DNA of 64,000 bases from Octopus vulgaris. Its lineage: Eukaryota. The notes under the pieces are model-generated. The model saw nothing but the letters and a program-made list of their open reading frames with translations, was not told where the DNA came from and did not search any database. Of the stretch, positions 1-15,289 are shown piece after piece (within the stretch, counting starts at the first letter, position 1; the number at the start of each line of letters is the position of its first letter). A program made the translations under genes and the position numbers. The DNA lies in contig OX597839.1 in the NCBI GenBank assembly GCA_951406725.2, positions 20,274,001 to 20,338,000 of the forward strand, written 5' to 3'.

Positions 1-249
1 ATCTATCTATCTCACTTTCCCATCTCATTTCGTCTCATATTTGAAATTTTGATGGTGAAATACATTCTAGTCCTTTTCCGTTGCGATCAATCTATTTATC
101 TTTCTATTTATCTATCTATCCATCTATTTACTTATTTGTCAATATATCTATCTATCTACCTAGTAACCTATCTAACTAACTATGTATGCATTTACCTACC
201 TGCCTATCTCTCTTTGTCTGTCTGTCTATCTCCCCCCTCTCTCTCTCCT

Positions 250-326
250 TCTTCCCTTCTTTCCTGAGCGTCCAATACTATATTTCTTCCACGTCCTCGC
301 GTTGTTGTGTTTTTTTGTTTTTCTTG

Positions 327-329
<3 letters not shown>
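250..329 (+). mobile_element. Penelope-like terminal-repeat fragment (same family as 58030-58257), ending at (TA)n
   Basis: ttcctgagcgtc..ttccacgtcctcgcgttg..gtgttttt matches 58163-58230. It lies tail-to-tail across the (TA)n with the fragment at 377-540. Confidence 0.5.
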
Positions 330-376
<47 letters not shown>

Positions 377-379
<3 letters not shown>

Positions 380-540
380 TAAATTTACAGAAAGACAAAA
401 AACGAAGACAGGTGTATAAACAACAAACAAGTGTATTAGTTTGACGCTCGGGAAGGTGAGAAAGCCTTTTACGTTTCGAGCCGATGCTCTTCAACAGAAA
501 GGAACACGAGGAAATAAACACAGAGAGAGAATAAAAAAAT
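377..540 (-). mobile_element. Penelope-like terminal-repeat fragment carrying a variant minimal hammerhead motif (465-502)
   Basis: Minus strand reads CCUUU-CUGUUGAA-GAGC-AUCG-GCUC-GAAAC-GUA-AAAGG. Homologous to 18480-18631 and 47395-47562, all of which end at (TA)n. Confidence 0.6.
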
Positions 541-600
541 AATCAAATAGTGTGTGTGCGTAAATATATGTGCGCGTGTATATGTATATACACACATACG

Positions 601-668
<68 letters not shown>

Positions 669-722
669 AAGGTCTTCCATATAGTCTCCGTTTACCAAGT
701 CATTTGTCGGTCCGGTGTCTAT

Positions 723-926
723 ATGATCTTTTCTACTGTAGGCACAAGGCACGAAATTTTGGGGGAGAGGGCCAGTCGATTAGAATGTCCCCAGTACGCA
801 CCTGGTACTTAATTTATCGACCCCGAAAGGATGAAAGGCAAAGTCGACCTCGGCGGAATTTGAACTCAGAACGAAATACCGCTAAGCATTTCTCCCGACG
901 CGCTAACGTTTCTGTCAGCTCGCCGC
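723..926 (-). mobile_element. SINE family 2 (MetaSINE-like) copy
   Basis: Reverse complement of gagttcaaattccgccgaggtcgactttgcctttcatcctttcggggtcgataaattaagtacc, which recurs more than 10 times in the window and resembles the Meta/Sauria SINE central domain. Confidence 0.8.
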
Positions 927-1905
927 TGTGAGATTGAACCCGAAACCACGAAGTTACAAAGCGACTTCTGAACCATGCAACCACGCCTGCGCTTATATTA
1001 TGTAACCTTTGCATGAGAATTAGCGATTCAGCTTATCTATATCTTTCACATTACGAGAGAATTTAATAATTGCAGATGAATTTGACATGTTCCGTTATTT
1101 TTATATTCTTTTCTATTTTTACTCCTCAACTTTCCAAGCTCGTTCTTTCGGCCATTTTGCAAAATTGAAACCTGATCTGAATTCGTAAAAATCCCTGAAC
1201 AATTCGGCAAGGGAGGACTAACGAAATTCGTGAATTATTTGCCAGAATACAAATGCGGTTCTTTGAGACCTCTTTGCTGTCTATATCACAATTTGGAATG
1301 CTGATTACGAAAATTTTTCTATTTCCTTCCAAAATTTCATTCTCGGCGACGGTTCAGAATAAACAACGTTCTTAACGCGTTGTATCTTTGAGGAAGACTT
1401 GTAGACCGAGTACAGACACTTGCATAACAAAAAAGAAAACGCATCCGATGGTCGATAATGCCGAAAGATAAAGACCCCCTGTTATGCAAATGTGTGCAGA
1501 GTGAACTAACTATATTCTATGTGTAGGGGGAGGTGTACATGTGTATGTGCACGTGTGTGTAAGTGTGTGCTGTTATCGTTGTTTAGTCAAAGACAGGCTC
1601 TAATATAAAAGGACTATGACGAAAGGCATTCCTGCCGTGGCCGTCGCCTCTTTCACCCTATGAAAACAATCCTACAGGACATGCAGCCATTTACAGGCTC
1701 AGTGTGTATGTATGTATTACAGTGTTATGATACGCATGCATAAATATATACGCATATATATATGCATGTATATGTATAATATATATGTATGCACGCTTAA
1801 ATATCTATATCTATCTATATATCTATATGTGTATGTATATATATATATATACATATATATATGCGCGCGTGTGTGTGTGTATAAAAGCATATATATATAC
1901 CTATG

Positions 1906-1956
<51 letters not shown>

Positions 1957-2347
1957 ATATATGTATATGTATATATATAAGATGTGATGAAGTTATGTTA
2001 CGCCATTCCTTTCACTACCACCACCACCACCGCTACCATTACCATAACTGTTACCAGTACAAGCGTTATCACCATTTGCCTAGACAACCTGACTACCACG
2101 TGACTACCACCACCACCACCATCAACCTGTGTCGTCATGATCACCGTTATCACCACAACCACGGCTACCACTACACACAGCCCTTTGTACCGCAACTACC
2201 TTTACACTGGTACCACGACCGCCCGCATCATCGCCACCATCATCATCATCATCAACATCACTGTTACCACGTCCACCGTTACGGCTCTTACCATTATCAT
2301 TACCAGCCCTCCCTCCCATCTTTAGCACAACTACCATAACATCACTA

Positions 2348-2940
2348 CCTATTTCTTTATTACCCACAAGGGGCCAAACACAGAGGGGGACAAACAAGGA
2401 CAGACATAGGTATTAAGTCGATTACATCGACCCCAGTGCGTAACTGGTACTTAATTTATCGACCCCGAAAGGATGAAAGGCAAAGTCGACCTCGGCGGAA
2501 TTTGAACTCACAACGTAACGCAGACGAAATACCTATTTCTTTATTACCCACAAGGGGCTAAACACAGAGGGGGACAAACAAGGACAGACATAGGTATTAA
2601 GTCGATTACATCGACCCCAGTGCATAACTGGTACTTAATTTATCGACCCCGAAAGGATGAAAGGCAAAGTCGACCTCGGCGGAATTTGAACTCACAACGT
2701 AACGCAGACGAAATACCTATTTCTTTATTACCCACAAGGGGCTAAACACAGAGGGGGACAAACAAGGACAGACATAGGTATTAAGTCGATTACATCGACC
2801 CCAGTGCCTAACTGGTACTTAATTTATCGACCCCGAAAGGATGAAAGGCAAAGTCGACCTCGGCGGAATTTGAACTCACAACGTCACGGCAGATGAAATA
2901 CCGCTAAGCATTTCGCCCGACGTGCTAACGTTTCTGCCAG
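2348..2940 (-). mobile_element. SINE family 2 head plus three tandem 184-bp body units
   Basis: cctatttctttattacccacaagggg at 2348, 2532 and 2716, with a single head near 2900-2940. Confidence 0.9.
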
Positions 2941-3149
2941 ACCACCACCACAAACTTCCCCAACATCATCATCCTCATCATCACCATCACCATCATGTCC
3001 AGTATTACCGTACTTCCCACCATCATACCACTACCACCACAACCACTACTGCTACTACTACTACTTGTACCAACACCATCACTGTCACCACCAGCGTCGT
3101 GAAACGTAACTTTAGCACAACCTCTCTCCCTCCCAACACACAACCATCC

Positions 3150-3625
3150 CTACCATTGCCACCACCACCAATACTATTACTAGCCCTACCACCATCACCT
3201 TCACCCCCCACCACCACCACCATTCAACATAATTTGCATCCGCATCCTTCTCCTCATCATCATCAACAACATCAGCATCATCACGATCCCGTCCACCATT
3301 ATCGCAACCACCACCACCACCACCACCACCATCGTTCAACCTAATCTGCATCATTATCATCAACGTCATCATCATCACCATCACTACAATCATCACTATC
3401 AAGGCCGTCATTATGGCGACCAGCCCCACCACACACAACCATCACCACCACCACTACAACTACCACTACTGCTACTACTAGCACTACTACCATCACCTTC
3501 ACCACCACCATCGTTCAACTTAATCTGCATCATCATCATCATCACCATCATTACAATCATAATCACTATCCAGGCCACCATTATTCCGACCAGCCCCACC
3601 ACACACAACTATCAACACCACCACG

Positions 3626-3679
<54 letters not shown>

Positions 3680-3834
3680 GCTACTACTAGCACTACTACC
3701 ATCACCTTCACCACCACCATCGTTCAACTTAATCTGCATCATCATCATCATCACCATCATTACAATCATAATCACTATCCAGGCCACCATTATTCCGACC
3801 AGCCCCACCCCACACAACTATCAACACCACCACG

Positions 3835-3870
<36 letters not shown>

Positions 3871-3945
3871 GGTTCTACTAGCACGACTACCATCAACTTC
3901 ACCACCACCATCGTTCAACATAATTTGCATCCTCATCATCCCTAA
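3150..3945. repeat. Higher-order minisatellite (about 180-210 bp units) built from CAC/CAT/TAC triplet runs
   Basis: catcgttcaac(c/t)taatctgcatcat...ccgaccagccccacc recurs near 3330, 3509, 3718 and 3909 (last one partial). Confidence 0.8.
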
Positions 3946-4284
3946 CATCATCACTACCATCATCGTCACAATCTCCAGTCCACATTTACCGCAACCGACC
4001 CCGCCACACACAACCATCACCACCACCACCACCACCACCACCACCACCACCACCACCGGTTCTAACACCATCACCCACACCCTCGCCATTATTCACAACC
4101 GCCCCAAAGGGTTTCGCATTGACATAATTGCCATGTACATGTTGATTAGTTGACTGGCATTGTTAATTCGCCAGGGACATTTAAATATCGAATGCAAATC
4201 CGTTACTTTATCTTTCTTTCTTAGTCTCCTTCTCTGCACCAGTAGAGTCCCTTGCCCACCCACCCTTTGAAACATGTTTTCGGG

Positions 4285-4703
4285 TACTCTTACTCTTTTA
4301 CTCTTTTACTTGTTTCAGTCATTTGACTGTGGCCATGCTGGAGCACCGCCTTTAGTCGAGCAAATCGACCCCGGTACTTATTCTTTGTAAGCCCAGTACT
4401 TATTCTATCGGTCTCTTTTGCCGAACCGCTAAGTGACGGGGACGTAAACACACCAGCATCAGTTGTCAAGCAATGCTAGAAGGACAAACACAGACACACA
4501 AACACACATACATACACACACATATATATATATATATATACGACAGGCTTCTTTCAGTTTCCGTCTACCAAATCCACTCACAAGGCATTGGTTGGCCCGG
4601 GGCTATAGTAGAAGACACTTGCCCAAGATGCCACGCAGTGGGACTGAACCCGGAACCATGTGGTTGGTTAGCAAGCTACTTACCACACAGCCACTCCTGC
4701 GCC
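4285..4703 (-). mobile_element. SINE family 1, full length (tRNA-like head, internal (TA)n(TG)n, AAAAGAGT-type tail)
   Basis: A-box-like TGGCTGTGTGG and B-box-like GGTTCAGTCCC on the minus strand; near-identical to 53253-53702. Confidence 0.9.
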
Positions 4704-4989
4704 TATAGGGTAGAGGAGAGCCAAAGGTTTTCTTTATTTGCATTCCTAGCTTATATCTGTTCGGGTGTGTACGCATGGGCGTGGGTGAGTAATTGCGTGT
4801 ATATGAGAGTGAAGGCGTGAGTGTACCGCGAAATAAATGCTTTAATATGAAAACGGAGGAAAATCACTTGTGAGGAAAAACTATCTCCAAATGCTCAACA
4901 TGGAATTAAATTCCCAGGAGAGTAGGCATTCCCGGTAATATAAAAGGTAGAGTACTTCGTATCGTATTTCCTAATTTGTCTTACTATTT

Positions 4990-5388
4990 CACTTATTTCA
5001 GTCATTTGACTGCGGCCATGCTGTAGCACCGCCTTTAGTCGAGCAAATCGACCCCAGGACTTATTCTTTGTAAGCCCAGTACTTATTCTATCGGATGAAG
5101 AGGAGCTTACGTCCCCTCTAAGTTACGGGGACGTAAAAACATCAGCATCGGTTGTCAAGCGATGTTGGGGACAAACACAAACACACAAACATATACACAC
5201 ACATATATATACATATACATATATACGGCGGGCTTCTTTCAGTTTCCGTCTACCAAATCCACTCAAAAGGCTTTGGTCGGCCCTAGGCTATAAAAGAAGA
5301 CACTTGCCTAAAGTGCCACGCAGCGGGACTGAACCCGGAACCATGTGGTTGGTAAGCAAGCTACTTACCACACAGCCACTCCTGTACC
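4990..5388 (-). mobile_element. SINE family 1 copy
   Basis: Same head, body and tail motifs as 4285-4703. Confidence 0.85.
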
Positions 5389-5608
5389 TGCCTTAGCGAA
5401 GTAATTTTTCTTTTTCTTGAAGAGCTCGACAAATATTGAGATGAGTGATGAAATATCTTTTAACCACGACTATCAATTTATGCGGAATGAAAAAGAAACT
5501 AAAATTTTTTGCCTGGTGATAAGTCATTCACAAGAAAGCGTTTGTTTCGAGAGCTCTACCTCTCATCAGGCAGTGTGCATAATCGCAGATTACCTCAGTG
5601 AGTGGATG

Positions 5609-5658
<50 letters not shown>

Positions 5659-5785
5659 ATAAAGATTTCTGAAATGGGTGATGAAGTGCTCGACAAATAG
5701 TCCAATGATTTATGAATTATTTCGATTAACGACTATCGGTCAACACAGAGAGGAAAATCCGTGATTTGACCTCTATGGCAAGTCT

Positions 5786-5830
5786 CGCTACAAAACGTTC
5801 TGTTTCGAGAATTGTGTCGCTCATCAGGCA
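5786..5830 (-). ncRNA. Putative type I hammerhead ribozyme motif
   Basis: UGC-CUGAUGA-GCGACACAAUUCUC-GAAA-CAGAACGUUUUG-UA-GCG. Intact core and GUA site, near-palindromic stem III, weak stems I and II. A degenerate paralogue lies at 5529-5572. Confidence 0.55.
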
Positions 5831-6626
5831 GTGTACAAAAAGATAGGATCCCTTTGTGAGCGGAAGTCACGGGGGGGGGGGATAGATTTAAAACTTCCTG
5901 GATCAGAAGTTACCGAAAACATCAGGCATTGTAGATAACAGTGCAATCCCCCTGTAAGTGGCAGTCACACGGGACGAGATATATAAAAACTTCCTGGAAG
6001 GGAAAAAGCTACCGAAAACATCAGGTAATGTTCATTAGGACAGAATCCCTCAGTGAGCAGGACTCACGTGGGGTTAGACATTATACATTCCGGGACAGAA
6101 GAAGATAGTAGAAAATGCATATGTAAGTAAGCAACATGGCTGACAGATTAAGAATCTCATTTCGCAAAACTTGGTTAAGTCTACGATCCCGTTCCGTAGT
6201 GTCTTCCATATAAGACATATGTCAAGAGCTCAGCTTCATCCAAAGCTCGTAAATGAAACTGATAAACAACAAAATCAGTATGGAAGCCCATTTCAAGGAT
6301 TAGTACTGTAATTTAAAAGGTACAGCTTGTCAGACAATGTGTCGTCCTGCTTTTGCTTAAGGATTACATTTAAGGGGACACGTGACAGGAATATTCACTA
6401 GAAGCACATGTTTAAAGAAGGATTAACGATTTCTGTTGACTGAGGAACTGGAATAGTTACCGTTCGAACTGATGGAGATCCATTAGTATATTTAATTTTT
6501 TGTGTTTATATATATGTATGTATGTATGTATGTATATATATATATATGTATATACATACAGAGAGAGAGAGAGAGAGACATATATATGTATATATATATC
6601 TGTATATTTGCATTTATACATGTATA

Positions 6627-6659
<33 letters not shown>

Positions 6660-6783
6660 ACAGATATATATATATGTGTATATATATACACATATGCACA
6701 TGCATAAATTTATATACGTAGACAAAATATATGTATATGTATATATATATATACACACATACATACATATATATACATATATG

Positions 6784-6826
<43 letters not shown>

Positions 6827-6919
6827 TTACATATAGCTGTATACATGTATATATATATACATACATACATGTACATATCTATATATAAATGTGCATACAT
6901 ACTTATATATATATATATA

Positions 6920-6965
<46 letters not shown>

Positions 6966-7337
6966 CACACGCACACAGATTCTCAGAAATTGCATAATAC
7001 CGTGTTCTGTATGCATGTCATAACCTCAAATATTTAAAGAGCACGCTGGGATATATTCATCCTTCTTCTTTTATATATTTTATATACTTCCCTTTTTACC
7101 TACTATTTTTTATTACATTTTATTTCTTCTTTATTATATTTTTGTTTCATTTATTTTCCTTATTTTTTATGCATTCTGCCATCTTCGTGTCTTTCTCCTC
7201 ATTTCCCGCCGTTTTTTTTTTTTTGTTTCTTTTTCTTATGTTTTTGCTAATTTGTTGTGTCTTCCTCTGTCTTATGTTCTTGGTGTTGTTGTTAATGTAC
7301 TAATAGTTTGTTTTTTTATCTTTTATCTTTTTTTTAA

Positions 7338-7538
7338 TCTTTTACTTGTTCCAGACATTTGACTGCGGCCATGCTGGAGCACCGCCTTTAATCGAACAAC
7401 TCGACCCCGGGACTTATTCTTTTGTGAGCCCAGTACTTATTCTATCGGTCTCTTTTGCCGAACCGCTAAGTGACGGGGACGTAAACGCACCAGCATCGGT
7501 TGTCAAGCAATGCTAGGGGGACAAACACAGACACACAA

Positions 7539-7590
<52 letters not shown>

Positions 7591-7748
7591 GACAGGCTTC
7601 TTTCAGTTTCCGTCTACCAAATCCACTCACAAGGCATTGGTCGGCCCGGGGCTATAGCAGAAAACACTTGCTCAAGATGCCACGCAGTGGGACTGAACCC
7701 GGAACCATGTGGTTGGTTAGCAAGCTACTTACCACACAGCCACTCCTG
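7338..7748 (-). mobile_element. SINE family 1 copy, full length
   Basis: Same motifs as 4285-4703. Confidence 0.9.
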
Positions 7749-8048
7749 TTTGTATTTTTTTTCTCTATTTCATTCTCATCTTGCTCCTCCCCCTCCTCTT
7801 CATCCAACTCCCGAAACTTCCGCTTTCTCTCCTCATCCCGACCATAAATGCAGAGTTCTCTGACTACAGACATTTTCGGATTCGCCGATCATATATACGT
7901 ACTTACATACAAACGAATGAAACGAGTAACGGAATAAAAGAATAACAGAATATGTGTGTATGTGCGGGTGTGTGTATTTATGTATACATATATATATATA
8001 TATATATATATATGCAGAGACATATACCTATTGCATATATATGTGTGC

Positions 8049-8085
<37 letters not shown>

Positions 8086-8183
8086 CATACATGGATATGA
8101 ATATATATATATGTATATATTCATGTATATATATATATATATGTGTGTGTGTGTATACATGTGCATATCTATCTTTCTACCTA

Positions 8184-8243
<60 letters not shown>

Positions 8244-8319
8244 TATATATATAGACATATACGCGTGTGTGTATGTGTGTGCGCGCGTGTATTTATATAA
8301 TATCTATATTTGGATATGC

Positions 8320-8390
<71 letters not shown>

Positions 8391-9155
8391 CATATATGTA
8401 TATATACACGCAGACATGCAGACATGCATGCATACATACATACATACGCACACACATACATACATATGAGTGACGTAGAGAGAGAGAAAGGGCGAGAGGG
8501 GGGGTGGAGAAGGAATATTTGGCGTGTAGGAATCTTCACAAAGAGCCGAGAAACGGACTGGTTGCATACGATTAAATAAAGCGACTGAATCGCGATAAAA
8601 GCGTTCGGGCAGATCCCAATCTGCATACAAGACAATACAACTAAGTACCATCAGATAGTGACGTTTCGAATATATGCATTAGAGGTTTTAGCGGAGCGGT
8701 GCGTCGAACCATGACCAAGGGTACATGGAAAGTTAAGTCTGCAGAGCTACAATATCAAGGAATCTCTCTGAGTCAGTCTCCTCCCACGCTCTCTCCCTCC
8801 TACTCACACACACCTACACACACTTTTGTCTTTAATTCTCTCTCATGCTCTTCTCTATTTCATGTCTCTCTCTGTCGCTTTCAATCGCGCGCACGCGCGC
8901 TCAAAGGCATGCGCCGATATTTTCGCTTCTGTATGTGTACAAGACATACACTGGAATGCATTCTATGACATACAGGTGTTTAGATTGACGGATCTGTGCT
9001 GTTTATTATGTATGGATGTGCCTGTATATGTGTGTACATGTGTGTGTGTGTGTATATGCTTGCGTGTGCGTGTGAATGCGTGTATGTGTGTATATATCTA
9101 TATACATATGCATGCATATATATATACACATATGTGTGTGTAAATATATATTCTC

Positions 9156-9231
<76 letters not shown>

Positions 9232-9330
9232 CATATATATGCATGTGTATTTATGTGTGTGTGTGTATGTATGTGTGTGTGTGTGTGTGTGTGTGAGTAT
9301 GCTTGTATGTGTATAGGTATATATATATTA

Positions 9331-10540
<1,210 letters not shown>

Positions 10541-10811
10541 ACAGAGCGATAGATGGGCAGACAGAAAAGCTGACAGAGACAGATATATGCCCGATAAGAT
10601 ATGGGAAAAACAATTAAATAGATGCAGACATATAAACATACCTGCATATGCGATGAGTTCAGATGTCATACAGACACAGGGAGACAGTCGGACAGATAGA
10701 AAATGACAGGCAAAGGGAAACATTCGCATTTGCACACACATGTACTGTACAAAATGGTGGTTGGATAGAGAGGCATAGAGATGGCAGGCTAAATGGCTAG
10801 ATAGATAGATG

Positions 10812-10856
<45 letters not shown>

Positions 10857-10940
10857 GTAGATAGGTAGGTAGGTAGGTAGGTAGGTAGGTAGGTAGGGGG
10901 AGGTAGGCAGGCAGGTAGACAGGCAGGCAGGCAGGCGGGC

Positions 10941-10979
<39 letters not shown>

Positions 10980-11002
10980 TAGATAGATAGATAGATACAT
11001 AG

Positions 11003-11061
<59 letters not shown>

Positions 11062-11617
11062 GGGTGGATAGACGGACGGACGGACAGACAGATAGTCTAA
11101 ATGATCGATTGATTGATTGATTGATAAATAGTTAGATAGAGAGGGAGAAACGGAGAGAAAGAGAGAGCGGGAAATAGATGAATAGATTGATAAGATAGAT
11201 AGATAGATAGATACATACATACATACATACATACATACATACATACATACAGACAGACACACACACACATAGAGGTCTGGTTCGTGATAATTTTGGAATC
11301 GACGTCTGCATCTACAATAATGGTAAACTCATATCCAGATTGAAGTATTCAGCGAAAATTGCAATAAAAATCTGGTCTATAGAATACGGTATATTGTCTT
11401 CGCTCGAAACATATATTTAAGAGACCAGCTCCTGACTACGCATAGCCGTTGTCTATAAAGCAGAGTGGAAGGTTTTACACGTCAATATATTTTACTTCTA
11501 CGAACGTGTGCGTATTCATAATACATACATATATATATATACATACATATATATATATATCATATATATGTATATACTATATATATAATATATATGCATA
11601 TAATATATGTATATATG

Positions 11618-11697
<80 letters not shown>

Positions 11698-11793
11698 GTG
11701 TGTGTGTGTGATTATATATATATACACCCACACGACTTCACTGATAAATATTCGTGCGCATCTATTTTTTTTTTGACTTATGGATTCTTAGAC

Positions 11794-11851
<58 letters not shown>

Positions 11852-11932
11852 TATATATATATTATATATACATATTATATATATATATATATATATGTAT
11901 ATATTATATATATATTATATATACGTATTATA

Positions 11933-12051
<119 letters not shown>

Positions 12052-12092
12052 TATATATGTATATATACGTATATGTGTACACACACACATAT

Positions 12093-12130
<38 letters not shown>

Positions 12131-12145
12131 TTATTTAAGTACTTA

Positions 12146-12190
<45 letters not shown>

Positions 12191-12490
12191 GAATGATTAA
12201 ATGAAGCTAAAATATAAGCTGTGAGAAATAACCTTGGAGATGCCAGAGGCACGTTTTTGCACAATAAAGACGAATAAAATACGACGTATTAAATAGCACA
12301 TAAGACAAGTTTTTGGTTTATTGAAATTATCTTTGGTTCCAGGGAAGAAGGTAGGACAATTGGTGGGTCTCTAATGAAAAGGGGAGATAATCCCAAGATT
12401 TCAGTAATTCTCCAAAGCAGATATGTCATGAATGGAAAGACTCTGTTTGTCTGTAGGACAAGTTTTTCTTTCTCAGTAAATGACGCACAG

Positions 12491-12726
12491 CGGAGGCGCG
12501 TGGCTTAGTGGTTAGGGTGTCAGCGCCATGATCGTAAGATTGTGGTTTCGATTCCTGGACCGGGCGACGCGTTGTTTTCTTGAGCAAAATCATTTCACGT
12601 TGCTCCAGTCCACTCAGCTGGCAAAATTTAGTAACGCTGCGATGGACTGGCGTTCCGTCCAGCTGGGGAACAGATACGACATAGAAACCGGGCCCATGAT
12701 CCTGGCTAGGCTTGAGAAAGGGCGCA
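12491..12726 (+). mobile_element. tRNA-derived SINE with V-domain-like segment
   Basis: A box TGGCTTAGTGG, B box GTTTCGATTCC; ctgcgatggactggcgttccgtccag resembles the V-SINE domain. Confidence 0.65.
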
Positions 12727-12880
12727 GGAGGCGCAATGGCCCAGTGGTTAGGTCAGCGGACTCGCGGTCGGAAAATCGCGGTTTCGATTCCCAGACCGGG
12801 CGTTGTGTGTGTTTATTGAGCGAAAACACCTAAAAGCTCCACGAGGCTCGGTCAGGGAGTGGTGGCGACCCCTGTTGTAC
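12727..12880 (+). mobile_element. Second tRNA-head SINE directly downstream
   Basis: TGGCCCAGTGG and GGTTTCGATTCCC boxes; head related to 12491-12570; no tRNA acceptor-stem closure. Confidence 0.6.
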
Positions 12881-14048
12881 TTAAATCCTTTCGGGGTCAA
12901 TAAAATTAGTACCATGTCTCTTAAGCCAATTAATACTATCTGCTGTTGTGGCAATATCGCGGTGATTAATTCCATTTACTCTGGGATATGTAGAAGCCAT
13001 ACTGAAAATCCGAAAGTGAAAAACCTTCAACTAATTTTTTCACACGTATTGATTTTAAAATGAACAACTTTGAATTACGCGAGGTGGTGCTGGTGGTGGT
13101 GGTCCTGATTGGTGTTTGTGATTTGTTTTTCAAAACAATAATGAATAATGCAAAACTATATTTATTTATAAAGTTTAAACTGAACTTCATTTGAATTATA
13201 AACCTAACAGCGTGGTGATACGTAAATAAACGACGTAAATTAACGAAAGTATAACACGTGGCGTAAATAAACGAAGGTTGAAGCCAGATTTTTCTACTTT
13301 CATTGACATCAGGAATAAAGCTAATACCATGACAGTGCCTCCTTCCCGATTGTTATTCTTGGGTTGAATAATACCGGTATTACTCAATTTATTTGTAATT
13401 TTTTTGTACATGATGTTTGGAGGCCGGAGATGGTCTGGTGTTGATGGCTCGTAATATATCAAGCGTGTTAACGTCTGCTGTGCGAACAGTGGAGATGGTA
13501 TCCAGTTAAAATACATCATTTTATTTGGAAAATAGAAATAAAGGTTTGGTGGTCTATAGTTTCAATCTTATTATTATTATACAAGGCCTTCCACATGACC
13601 ATTTCACGCCATTCGACAAAATTTTTTTTGGCTACTTCAAGCGATGTCTTCATTTCCGATGGCTTTGGATAACTTTTCGGAGCACAGCTTCATCGCTTTC
13701 ATATTTTAAACGTCCTCGGTGCATTCTCGTTAAACGTTCCCGGTGTATTCTTGTTAAACGTCCCCGGTGTATTGACGTCGAGCTCGCAAAATCCTTAGCA
13801 CGGCGAATAAAATACTTAGCGGCATTTCGCCCGTCTTTCCCGTTCTGAGTTCAAATTCTGCCGAGGTCTGATTTGCCTTTTTCTCTTTCCGGGTTGATAA
13901 GATAAGTACCAATTGAACACTGGAGTCGATGTAATCGACTATTCCCCTCTCCCAAAATTTCAGGCCTTGTGCCTATTGTAGAAAGGATTACTATTATTAC
14001 TCATCACGTCGAGCGAAATGCTTAATTATTATTATTATTATTATTATT

Positions 14049-14273
14049 GAGTGAGAGAGCAGTACATGCCCTCAAAGTGACCATGGGGTAAAATATACGA
14101 AGCCCAGTAAATCCATCATGACTACTAGATAAGGGTACACCAGGCACATGCATCACAACCATATGTGCACGACATGGTGATCTCATATCAAGATAAACAG
14201 CGCATGACCTTGCAGGTGGGGCCCAGTTAGAATTTTCTTCTGTTCGAGTAGCCCATCCCGCTCAAAATGTCCC
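14049..14273 (-). mobile_element. 3' end of a (TAA)n-associated retroelement (same family as 60839-61224)
   Basis: Reverse-complement match to 60997-61224; ends ctctctcactc-(AAT)n. Confidence 0.7.
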
Positions 14274-14334
<61 letters not shown>

Positions 14335-14337
<3 letters not shown>

Positions 14338-14478
14338 TAGTTTTTATAGCGTGCTTTCACTTCACTACCGAGCGCAGCTCTGTGTGCCTTGGGTATGTGC
14401 TGTGATTTGTTGTGATGCTCTGATGGTTATTGTATGGAAAGTGTTCTGCGTAGGATGTGTGCAGTGCCTAGTAGTGCA

Positions 14479-14480
<2 letters not shown>
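14335..14480 (-). mobile_element. R4/Dong-type LINE extreme 3' fragment
   Basis: Translates IALLGTAHILRRTLSIQ* plus a short UTR; (TTA)n on both sides. Confidence 0.75.
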
Positions 14481-14543
<63 letters not shown>

Positions 14544-14553
14544 CATTATTATT

Positions 14554-14966
14554 CCTTCGTAACACAATCTAGGTAAAAATGCATCAGAATTTTTAGTTAT
14601 CTGTCAAGTCACAACAAGGACCTCAGACAGATAATACTTTCCTTAAGATGTGTGCGGTGCCCAATAAAGTTGCTCTTTGCAAGACATCAATCTTGCATGG
14701 GATTTCCACTTGCCTTAAGAAGTCTTGAAGTTTCAATGGAATTGAGCCCAACGCTCCGATCACCACTGGTATCACTTTTACATTACCCTCTCGCATCCCA
14801 TACAGTCTTGCCATTTCCACTTTCAATTCGGAGGACTTGGTGATGTTTTTCAACCTCTTTACTCACAACATTCATCTCATTTGGTATGGCTATATCAATC
14901 ATCTGACAGTATTTGTCTCTCTCTTTCAATATGACAATATCCGGCCGACGGTGTTCGATTACACGA
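14554..14966 (-). mobile_element. R4/Dong-type LINE fragment, restriction-like endonuclease domain (frameshifted)
   Basis: RVIEHRRPDIVILKERDKYCQMIDIAIPNEMNVVSKEVEK / ..VIPVVIGALGSIP..LQRATLLGTAHILRKVLSV*, the PD..D RLE motif. Confidence 0.85.
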
Positions 14967-14982
14967 TATTATTATTATTATT

Positions 14983-15256
14983 CTATGTTTGACTTTTGCT
15001 TTATGTCTGTACAAGTTGGCTCCAAGTCTCACCCAGAGACCTCAAGAGACAACAGGCTGGAAGTTCTGTGTCATATATTTAGGGTTTTTCTTTTTTCTTT
15101 TGGTGTTGTACTAGTGAATGTCTAATACATAAAAATAATAAATAAATAAATAAATTTTTTAAAAAAATAGTTTGTTTTAAACCTTGGGATTACATAGAGA
15201 GTATTTTGCGTAGGATATGAGCAGTTCCCATGAGCACTATCTTTTGAATTTCTGCC
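14983..15256 (-). mobile_element. R4/Dong-type LINE 3' end (same family as 61258-61752)
   Basis: AEIQKIVLMGTAHILRKILSM*; the UTR matches 61670-61750. Confidence 0.8.

Positions 15257-15289
<33 letters not shown>

Noticed and set aside
12491-12800. Functional tRNA genes
   Set aside because: A and B boxes are present, but I could not close a cloverleaf or acceptor stem, and SINE-like bodies follow.
13196-13790. 107-aa ORFs in unique sequence (also 32086-32580)
   Set aside because: No recognisable motif; the ORFs run into short tandem repeats or SINE sequence.
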